Shown: in pieces, positions 25,946 through 36,754 of the stretch | Numbering within the stretch: the first letter of the stretch is position 1 | How the letters are laid out: the number at the start of each line of letters is the position of its first letter | DNA from: Marsupella aquatica | Taxonomy: Eukaryota > Plantae > Marchantiophyta | Reading direction: 5' to 3' | Length of the DNA stretch: 64,000 nt | Assembly (NCBI GenBank): GCA_973895155.1 | Contig: OZ316892.1 | Location: forward strand, 20,957,619 to 21,021,618 | Program-made: the position numbers and the translations under genes | The notes under the pieces: model-generated | What the model was told of the DNA's origin: nothing | What the model saw: the letters and a program-made list of their open reading frames with translations, nothing else | Databases searched by the model: none

Positions 25946-28283
25946 GGTCCTGCACACTCAGACCCTACATCAGATTGTGAAACAAGAAGGAATAACAGGG
26001 TGCAGTATGACACAAAAGAATGAGGGTGCAGCATAAAATATGACATGTAACCACAAGGGTGCAACATAAACCAATGCTTTATAGATGGCAAAGCATTTAG
26101 GACTGAGCAGCGCAAATAACCTTGGCCTAGATGATTGGAAGCAATCACAAATATTGCAACCTGTATGCCTTTGCTTGCTGTACAGCAGTGCTCACTCACC
26201 CTGCCTTTTTAAAATCTGTAAGGGCAACACAGAAAAAATAGCAATTGAGTTTCAGCAAAGCATTCATTTGGCTCTCAAGTTTTAAAATGGACAGAGCAAA
26301 CACAACAATGTGCACAACAAAGCACAGAGAGCAACAAAACTCCAGCAAACTGGGACTCAGGCAAGAGATACGAATTTTAGCAGCGAAATCAAATCAAGAT
26401 TCGGACCTGTGAGTTCAACATGCAGTGCTCACTCACGCTGCCCTTTTTTAAATCTGTAAAAATCAAGTTTTATTGTGTGCCTTCTACATCTTAAGCTGCT
26501 GCACACATCTGTTACAGAACCATAAGTTGCTTTACTCTCAACAAGCTGCTGGTCCACCCACTTTTTCAAAAGCTGCACCGTACTCTATCTTCGTGCACAA
26601 ATGACTATACCGGGCTGCTGTCAGAGACCCTTACGAAGGATTTAAAATTGACCAAGCTGATTTTAGTTTAGTTTTGTCCAGTTTGCAGACCAAAGGAAAT
26701 CATGTGGCTGTATTCATGGAGTTGTATTCATTGCTGTGTATGGATGTTGTGTGAACATCAGACAGTTAGCTGTAAATTACCATAGTTGAAGAGCAAGGCT
26801 TGTACAAAAGCCACTAAGGAATTCTCTGAGGTGGCACAGCAGTTGGCAAACCACACACGAAACTCTGAAACTTTTTGGCGACAAAATTCTACAGAGTCGC
26901 TGCTGGAATCAAGTGAGGATTCACCATACATGCTTGCACTTCTCTTCAGTAAAAAAAAGAGAAAAGAAAAGGGCTATGATACAGAGGGATGTCAAAAGAA
27001 GAGTAAGGAAACCAATTCATTGAGGAACATAGACAGACTAAGGAAAACATCATACAATGGAAAACTAAGGACTACATTGTAATAATAAGAGATCAAGCTC
27101 ACCTTGCACCACAAACATTGTCAGACGACAACAAGACAACAAACTGAATTGAACATAGCAGACAAATCCAACAAGTAGCAATCAGAAATCAACAGCAGAC
27201 AGACAAAGGACAACTTGGTCAGAACTCGGGCACTTGATTCAGTTGTGGTAAATAGCTGTTCAGGTTCTGGACAAGCAAGAGCAATACGTGAGCAGACTCC
27301 AGAAAAATCATCTCTTGAGATTGAGGAGAAAGGCATTTCCCAGCCAGCTTACTTATGTCTTGAAAAATGTATCGGACATCGTGGACGCTGGGCCTCAGCT
27401 GCTGGCCGCAAGGGAAGATTTTGCCAAAACAAACAATAAAGCTCGAAGATAGTTAAATTTCTTAGGTCTTTCTAAATGGGGACTGAATTAGCAATTAGAA
27501 CCAGTAAACCCTGATCTTGGGCAGGCAGAGAGAGAAGAGTCCGCGCCTAATACTTATGTCTACCCGAATTTTACTGGGACATATGAGCATTGGGATGCCA
27601 TTGCAAAGCAGAATTTTGTAGCAGTGGAAGGAATCAACATAGATAGCAGTGGAAGGTCGCAGTGGAGCTAGCATGGTACAGGGAAGGAAATGCAGGCATT
27701 GTGCGAGAAAGTGCAATGGCTAGTTCTATGGGATTTCCTTCTCCAATCCATGACAGTGCCGACGACACGCACAACTGCTACAATCAGTGCGCGTCCAGGA
27801 TGCTCCATCGCATCACGTCAGGGAACTCAACATTCTAGACATTCGAAAACTGCATTCACATTTCTCTGCAAAGGGAACTCAACATTGTAGACATTCAAAA
27901 ACTGGTGCAAAACTCAGGCACTTAGAGAGAGAGGGACAGAGAGAGAGCGAGAAAGAGAGAGCAAATAGTCTCTTAGCAATCGGAGCTTCTCTGTCATTGC
28001 CATAAGCATACTAGCAGACACTAAGCAACAGAACAAGAAGGCAACATTGGATTCATGGACTGACAGCACATTGGTAGCACATTGGCAAAAGCAAAGCAAA
28101 AATGCAGAATGAACAAATGGCCAGAAGGGGAAGAAGCGCAAAATTGCACAACTGACCTTCTCGCACCTCAGCCCAAACTCGCTCCCACAGATATAAGTTC
28201 TCGCAGCTCCTTGATGGAACCTCCTGTAGGTTCTCGCCGATTGCAACTCCTCACCCACAGCTTCTTGCCGATTGTAGCTTGCT

Positions 28284-28462
28284 GCTGATTGCAACTCGTC
28301 GCTGATTTGCAGCTCGTCCTCCGCTCCTCACCCGCAGCTTATCGCCGATTGTAGGTCGTCCTCCGCTCCTCGCCCGCAGCTTATCGCCGATTGCAGCTCA
28401 TCCTCCGCTCCTCACCCGCAGCTTATCGCCGATTGCAGCTCATCCTCCGCTCCTCACCCGCA
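28284..28462. repeat. 42-bp tandem repeat (~4 copies)
   Basis: gattgcagctc(g/a)tcctccgctcctcacccgcagcttatcgcc repeated head to tail. Confidence 0.85.
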
Positions 28463-29029
28463 ACAATGACAAATGTAAAGAAGCTATTGCCTTGACCCTA
28501 CAATCAGGCACTCCAAAGCCCGAATGTCCTCCAAAGCGCAGGGTCCTCCAAAGAAGCTCCCAAGTCCTACCGAGGTGCTCCGCCGACCGCGCGCAACAAG
28601 CTCAAAAACAATTGTAGCCTGAATGGCTTCGGGTCGGAGCTCCTCCTCTAAACCTTGCAAATGGTCACTAAAACAATGCCACGTCCAACGCTTCACTCAA
28701 ACAATGCCTCACCCAATGCTTGCCCGAACAATGCCTCGCCCAACGCTTCGAAGGGTGTCGAAGCTTGGTGGAATGGAGCACAACGCTGCGCAACCCTAAG
28801 CCCTTGCAATGTGCACACAAAGGCATGCCAAGAAATGAGCACATCGAGCGTTGCCCTCTCGATGTTTTTTCAGGAAAAAGGGCTCCTGTTGGTACGCAAG
28901 AACACTTAGCGGGAAAAACCTAATGCTAGACCCCTAAAGCCCGTAAAGGTAAGGTATTCTGTTGGATGGGGATGGTGGATATTGTGGGTCATTAATTAGG
29001 GTTATATTCTGACAATATCTCTCACATGT

Positions 29030-29220
29030 CTGGACCCCCCATAAGGCCCTAGGGAAGTTGAGACTAGGTTAATAACAATGTAAACCCCCCCCCCCATAAG
29101 GCCCTAGGGAAATACCAACTATAGAGGTTAATAACAAGGTCCGGACGCCCCCATAAGGCCCTAAGTAGGGAAGGCAAGGTTAATAACTCATAATGTCACG
29201 ACCCCCCCCATAAGGTCATG
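29030..29220. repeat. ~57-bp degenerate tandem repeat (4 copies) near the presumed CACTA promoter
   Basis: cccccataaggccctagg...ggttaataac repeated. Confidence 0.7.
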
Positions 29221-29779
29221 GCTGTTTGTGTAGGTGCCAACAAGAATGTTAAGGACCAATGTTATATATAAAAAATGATGCTAGCGATATAAAAGGTCCG
29301 ATATATGCCCGCGATATAAACCCATAACCCGCATGCATGAACACCATTTTGGACTACCTTATTGTCTCACCATATGATAGTGATACTCATCCAAATATTA
29401 GCATTTAATAGCTCTCCACTCCTGACTCAATTGAGAGAAACCCTCATTCATGACTCAAGCACAATTATAGGGTCCCTTACATGCTACATGACCACTACAT
29501 ATGAGGCTATGTTGTGTAAGAGTTTTTGAGAGCATTACACCAAAGCATTAATAAGTGAGCCTTCCCATGACTATATGACCTCCAATATGCCAACATTAAT
29601 GGCTTCCAATATGACAGCGTGAGTGACCCCACGTTTAGTCCTCAGATTGAAGCACCATTTAATTCACAAATGACCCAATGAACTCCCTTGTACCTCCAAA
29701 GAGAACCCCCCAATAGCCTTTGTAAAGACCACATTTCCAGTCATTTGGTACTTCTGACCTCTAGTATGACAACCAAGAT

Positions 29780-32700
29780 TACCCTAATTTGAGGTGTTTC
29801 CATTAATGACACACCATGAGGGACCTCTCTAATGACCACATATGCAGTCAATTGCTCCAAATGACCTCTAACTGACTACCAAAATGACCCTTATTGTAGT
29901 CATTGACATTAATGACACACATTATGTGAAAATGACCCAATGAAGAGTATACTACCTCTCGGAGTGCCCCTTTACAATTCCTTTGGAATTTAATAGAATA
30001 TATCCAAAATCCAAATATTGGCACAAACATGACATAGTTATATAGAAGGACATAGTCTTCCACTAGTATTGCACTATATACCTCTTGGAGAGACAAAAAC
30101 AATTTTTGTATGCATGCCTTAGGATGGTATGCATGCATGGTGACACTTTTGGCAAATCACTCCAAAGTTGTATGACTTGGGAGTGATTTCCCCAAGGTTG
30201 CATCATCCCTTAAGTAATTGCAAAAACATGGCTCCAAAGTGCTCATGGTGCAACTAGTGGTTGGAGAATAGTACGGTGGGTATAGTACCCCGCACCTTGT
30301 GGAGAGGTTGCCACCTTCATGTAGAGCCCCATGGCACACTAGGGCCACCTTAAGCTCCTAGACCCAAAAGGGTCATTTCTGATGGTACGTAATGACACCA
30401 TGAGGGACCTCTATAATGACCCCATATGGAGTCATTTGGCACAAATGACTTCCAAAAGGACTGCCAAAATGACCCTCACTGCAGTCTTTGGCATTAATGA
30501 CACACTATTCCTCCAAAATGACCCAATGAAGATTACAACACCTACTCACAATGCCTTAAGTCTATTCATATGCAAAATGGAGTATTCCCCATCCAAACAC
30601 CGGCACAAACATGACACAATTACATCACAAGATGACAACCTTCCATTGGTGTTGCGCTACTTCTTGGAGAGACAAAAAATGGCTCCATTTGCGCTTGGAT
30701 ACGGTGGTATGCATCCATGGTGACACTTTTGGCAAATCACTCCAAAGTTGTATGACTTGGGAGTGATTTCCCCAAGGTGCATCATGCCTTAAGTAAATGC
30801 AAAAACATGTGTCCAAAGTGTTCATGGCACAACTAGTGGTTGGACGATGATGAGTATAGTGTCCCGCACCTAGTGGAGGGGGTTCTCACCTCTATGTGGG
30901 GCCCCATGGCACTCTAGGGCCCACCTCCAGCCCCTAGCCCCAAACTGGTCATTTGTGCTTCTGCTTAATGATTGCACAAGGGACCCCTCAAATGACCACA
31001 AATCCAGTCATTTGACTTATGTGACAGCCCATATGACAGATTTAATGACCCTACTTGTAGTCATTGGTATTTATGACACCAATTTTTTCAGAAATGACTC
31101 AATGAAGATTACACTACCTTCTTGAGTGCCCCATCACTATTCATTTGCAAAATAGAATATTCCCCATCCAAACACCGGCACAAACATGACACAATTACAT
31201 GGAACGACAACAGCCTTGCACTACTTCTTGCAGAGACCAAAAAAATGGCTTCATTTCCTTTAGATAGGATGGTATGCATCAATGGTGACACTTTTGGCAA
31301 ATCACTCCAAAGTCGTACGACTTGGGAGTGATTTCCCCAAGATTATATCATCCCTTAAGTAAACACAAAAACATGGCTCCAAACTGCTAATGGTGCAACT
31401 AGTGGTTGGAGAATAGTAATTATAGTATTTGACACCTAGTGGAGGGGTTGCGAGCTCTATGTGGTGCCACATGGCACTCTAGGGCCCACCTCCAGCCCTT
31501 AGCTCCAAATTGGTCATTCATGCTTGTCTTCAATGACTGCACTAGAGACCCCTCAAATGACAACAAGTCCAGTCATTTGAATTATATGACATCCCATATG
31601 ACCAATTCAATGACCCTACTTGTGGTCATTGACACTTATGACATGACTCTGTTAAAAAATGACCCAAAGAAGGTCCTAGCACCGCCAGAGAGAGCCCGCT
31701 CTACATTCCTTGCAAAAATGGAATAATCGTATACCTTTAAACATCAGACACATCATAGAGGGAAGCACCACTACCACACCCATTCCATTGGTGTTGCGCT
31801 ACCTCTTGGAGAGACAAAAAAGGGCTTCATTTGCGTTTGGAATAGTGGTATGCATCCATGGTGACACTTTTGGCAAATCACTCCAAAGTCATACGACTTG
31901 GGAGTGATTTCCCCAAAGGTGCATCATGCCTTAAGTAAACGCAAAAACATGTGTCCAAGGTGTTTATGTCGCAACTAGTGGTTGGACAATGATGAGTATA
32001 GTGTCCCGCACGCAATGGAGGGGTTATCACCTCTATGTGGGGTCACATGGCACTCTAGGGCCCACCTCCAGCCCCTAGCCCCAAACTGGTCATTTGTGCT
32101 TTTCCTTAATGACTGCATAAGGGACCCCTCAAATGACCACAAATCCAGTCATTAGACTGATATGACTTTCCATATGACAGTTTTAATGACCCTGCTTTTA
32201 GTCATTGATATTTATGACGGTCCATTGCTCACATATGACCCAATAAAGGCCCTGGTACCTCCAAAGAGAGCCCGCTTTAGATTCCTTGCAAGGTTGGAAT
32301 ATTCCTCTTCCCTAAACCCGCACCCACACCATACAGGGAAGCACGACTCCCCTGCCCATTCCATTGGTGCAGCACCACCTCTTGGAGAACCCAAAAACAA
32401 CTTTTATTTGCCTTTGTATGTGATGGTGTGCATGCATGGCAACACTTTTGGCAAATCACTCCAAAGTCGTACGACTTGGGAGTGATTTCCCCAAAGGTGC
32501 ATCATGCCTTAAGGAAACACAAAAACTTGTGTCCAAGGTGTTTATGTCGCAACTAGTGGTTGGACAATGATGAGTATAGTGTCCCGCACGCAATGGAGGG
32601 GTTCTCACCTCTATGTGGGGCCCATGGCACTCTAGGGCCCACCTCAAGCCCCTAGCCCCAAAATGGTCATTTGTGCTTTTCCTTAATGACTACATAAGGG

Positions 32701-34390
32701 ACCCCTCAAATGACCACAAATCCAGTCATTAGACTGATATGACTCTCCATATGACAATTTTAATGACCCTACTTTTAGTCATTGGCATTTATGACGGGCC
32801 ATTGCTCACATATGACCCAATAAAGGCCCTAGTACCTCCAAAGAGAGCCAGCTTTAGATTCCTTGCAAGGTTGGAATATTCCTCTTCCCTAAATCTGCAC
32901 CCACACCATACCCTAAAAGCATGACTCCCCTGCCCATTCCATTTGGGCAGCACTACCTCTTGGAGAACCCAAAAACAACTTTTATTTGCCTTTGTATGTG
33001 ATGGTGTGCATGCATGGCAACACTTTTGGAAAATCACTCCAAAGTCGTACGACTTGGGAGTGATTTCCCCAAAGGTGCATCATGCCTTAAGGAAACACAA
33101 AAACATGTGTCCAAAGTGTTTATGTCGCAACTAGTGGTTGGACAATGATGAGTATAGTGTCCCGCACCTCGTGGAGGGGTTCTCACCTCTATGTGGGGCC
33201 CCATGGCACTCTAGGGCGCACCTCCAGCCCCTAGCCCCAAACTGGTCATTTGTGCTTTTCCTTAATGACTGCATGAGGGACCCCTCAAATGACAATAATT
33301 CAGGTCATTCCACTTATATGACATCCAATGTGACCATTTTAATGACCTTTCTTGTAGTAATTGGCATTTATGACGGGCCATTGCTCACATATGACCCAAT
33401 AAAGGCCCTAGTACCTCCAAAGAGAGCCAGCTTTAGATTCCTTGCAAGGTTGGAATATTCCCAAACCCTAATCCCACAGCCACACCATGCTAAGAAGCAC
33501 GACTCCCCTGCCCATTCCATTCGTGCAGCACTACCTCTTGGAGAACCAAAAAACAGGTTTTATTTGCCTTTGGATGTGATGGTATACATCCATGGTTGCA
33601 CTTTTGGCAAATCACTCCAAAGTCGTACGACTTGGGAGTGATTTCCCCAAAGGTGCATCATGCCTTAAGGAAACACAAAAACATGTGCCCAAAGTGTTTA
33701 TGTCGCAACTAGTGGTTGGACAATGATGAGTATAGTGTCCCGCACCTAGTGGAGGGGTTCTCACCTCTATGTGGGGCCCATGGCACTCTAGGGCCCACCT
33801 CAAGCCCCTAGCCCCAAAATGGTCATTTGTGCTTTTCCTTAATGACTACATAAGGGACCCCTCAAATGACCACAAATCCAGTCATTAGACTGATATGACT
33901 CTCCATATGACAATTTTAATGACCCTACTTTTAGTCATTGGCATTTATGACGGGCCATTGCTCACATATGACCCAATAAAGGCCCTAGTACCTCCAAAGA
34001 GAGCTAGCTTTAGATTCCTTGCAAGGTTGGAATATTCCTCTTCCCTAAACCTGCACCCACACCATACTGAGAATGCACCCACACCATACTGAGAAGCATT
34101 ACTCCCCTGCCCATTCCATTGGGGCAGCACTACCTCTTGGAGAACCAAAAAACAACTTTTATTTGCCTTTGGATGTGATGGTATGCATGCATTTATTTGC
34201 AAATTAAAATATTCCCCGTCCAAACACCGGCACAAACATGACACAATTACAACAAAGCATGACAACCTTCCATTGGTATTGCCCTACTTCTTGGAGAGAC
34301 AAAAAGGTTTCATTTGCCCCATGGATACGATAGTATGCGCGCATCCATATATGATGACACTTCTGGAAAATCACTCCAAAGGTGTATGAC
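29780..34390. repeat. ~578-bp tandem array (~8 units) inside the CACTA element
   Basis: Anchor cacttttggcaaatcactccaaagt recurs near 30144, 30724, 31289, 31865, 32443, 33021, 33599 and, degenerate, 34358. Confidence 0.92.
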
Positions 34391-34469
34391 TCTACAATTA
34401 TGATAGGTGTCTGGAATGACTATTGAGTATTTTAATCTTCATATCTCTTGGGTTCTTTAATGACTCTAT

Positions 34470-35345
34470 AAGTAGTCATTTATGTAATAAGTCCATAATG
34501 ACTGTATGTTATTGTAAACATTGATATATCCTGATTTTTAGATTGCCCTATATTTAGTCATTTATGCGACAAGTCCATAATGACAGTATGTTGTTGAAAA
34601 CACCGATATATCCTAATTTCAAGATTGACTGTGGAGTTAGTCATTTATGAGAAAAGTCCATAATGACGGTATGTTCTTGTAAACACTGATATGTCCTAAT
34701 TTCAAGATTGACCCTAGAGTTAGTCATTTATGGCAGAAGTCCATAATGACAATATGTTGTGTAAACACTGATATATTCTCATTTTCAGATTGACCCTAAA
34801 TTTTGTCATTTATGAGAGAAGTCCATAATGACGGTATGTTCTTGTAAACACTAATATGTCCTAATTTCAAGATTGACCCTAGAGTTAGTCATTTATGGCA
34901 GAAGTCCATAATGACAATATGTTGTTGTAAACACTGATATATTCTCATTTTCAGATTGACCCTAAATTTTGTCATTTAACACCGTTGGTTAAAATGACGA
35001 TAATACATTTTTTGTCATTTATCACCGTTGTCCAAAATGATGCAAATAGATTTTTGGTCATTTCAGTCATTGTCCAGAGTGACTATAATGTTGCTAAACA
35101 CTGATTTATCATTGTTGTTATTAATTGTGTCATTTAAGACATGTGTCTAAATTGACCATTTAGGGAAATTGGGTCATTTTGGTCGCATCAGTCATTATAG
35201 ACATTATACAAAATGACAAAAAAATTAACATTTTGTCATTTCAGTCTATTGGTCATTGTGGACAGTCATTCCCCCGTCATTCTTTTTGTGTCATTAAAAC
35301 TTTTGGTCATTTATTCATCTCTGTCATTGGGTGATTGGTCATAAA
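34470..35345. repeat. CACTA right subterminal region including ~89-bp tandem repeats
   Basis: tagtcatttatg..aagtccataatgac..gtaaacactgatat unit repeated ~6 times, then dense gtcat motifs up to the TIR. Confidence 0.85.
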
Positions 35346-35366
35346 GGGCCCTGTTTTCTTCTAGTG

Positions 35367-35856
35367 AGATTTGCTCCACACCATCCGAATCGGTCGGCTG
35401 TACAAAAAACTGCATTCCTATCCTGGGATTGTATCCACTACTTCGGAATGAGTCTTTCAATTTCTCAATTGACGCACTCTCCTTCTGTAACGTCCAAACA
35501 ACCTCCATGTGGACCAGGCGACAAAGCGGAATCCGTGGAGGTTCCTTCTCATTCCCCCAGAAATCTTTCCCAAACGACATGATGTGTTTGGAGATGACTT
35601 CATCCATTCCAAGTCCTACCTCGTTGCCCTCTCCCAAAGCGTAATCGGTCATGCCATCAATCTCCATTCTGCCCCTTCTTGGCTTTTGGCTCGGGAGTGT
35701 TGTGTTCGACGAAGGAATCGCTCCGCTCGATCTTGTAACATGATGCGAATAGAATGCCCCACAGAATGAAGATTGTGTACTCTCACAATGACCCTGATCT
35801 CCCTCCGGAACCATGGTATACCCTCTTGGAGAGCTTGGAGCGCTTGAAGGTTGCAT
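35367..35856 (-). pseudogene. ParB-MTase-like fusion gene, 5' part (start of ParB/Srx-like domain)
   Basis: RIPLCRLVHMEVVWTLQ..SIEKLKDSFRSSGY..FFVQ. After removing the CACTA and one TSD copy it reads GVEQI-CTEEIRESWD in frame with the 16.3-kb segment. Confidence 0.75.
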
Positions 35857-36754
35857 CGTGGAGCCCCAAAGTTTGCGAAGGTGCTTGTACGACACAGAGC
35901 CAGTGTCTATTCTCACGCTCTGAACAAATTACCGTACAAAAAGAACAAGCAGGAAACCTTTAAAACTTGGGCGGTTGACATCATGGGAGGTAGATCGATG
36001 CAAAAGAAAAGGATCTCACTCACCAATCATGACAAGGACAAGTGGCCGATACTATTTAGAATGAGTATATGTAACGCCTCTTTTAAACTGGGGTAAGGGA
36101 GGAGCGATGATCTGTAGGCTAGTGTTAAATAAGTCAACTGCAAAAAGCGTGAAACAATGAGTACGTTCATGCACTTTACCGTTAGATATAACCGTTGGGA
36201 TAATACAAGTCATTCCTTACGATACTAGCGCCAGGCGCTAGCATTCAAACACCACTAAAATAACATCATTAACATTGATGTCAGCCATGAATTTATGTCA
36301 GCGTCGGGCGCTAACTATATTTGATACGTGTATATTTCCTATAAACAACAATTATATCAAACAAACTCAATGTCTTTTGACATTTTTGTTATTCCAATAA
36401 AATTAATAGAGTTTTTCACCTTTAAATGGAAGTGGATTAATGATAGCGCATGGCGCTAGCATATGAAGTTTGGTTTTTAGGTTTTAATTCCATGACTTAT
36501 TTATGGTAGCGCCGGGCGCTAGTAAATATCTGATCATGTTTCTCAAACTATATTATTGATGTTACCAGTACGTAGTGACGTTGGCAAAACGACAAACAAC
36601 ATTTATGTTTCTACATTTTACGACTAGTACCCGTTTTGTCGTTCACAAACGATAATCTTATGGAGTTTGTTACGAATTCACTTAACTTAAGTCGGGTTAT
36701 GTTCTCCTATTCTCTCATTTTCTCTGTTTGTCAATTCGGGATTATTGTTCCGCA

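Larger units (their letters stand above)
16346..35366 (-). mobile_element. CACTA (En/Spm) DNA transposon, 19,021 bp, apparently complete
   Basis: Left end CACTAGTAGAAAACA, right end TGTTTTCTTCTAGTG (1 mismatch in 15). 3-bp TSD AGA at 16343-16345 and 35367-35369. Subterminal ATGAC/GTCAT repeats at both ends. Removing it restores the flanking ORF. Confidence 0.97.

Noticed and set aside
29780-34990. Tandem arrays as a CRISPR array, or the repeated short ORFs in them as genes
   Set aside because: Whole units repeat with no unique spacers, there are no cas genes and the context is eukaryotic; the ORFs are short, differ in frame between units and are by-products of the repeat.
35311-35916. 201-aa ORF as a complete gene
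   Set aside because: Its last ~18 codons read into the CACTA right end; the true continuation is at 16342.
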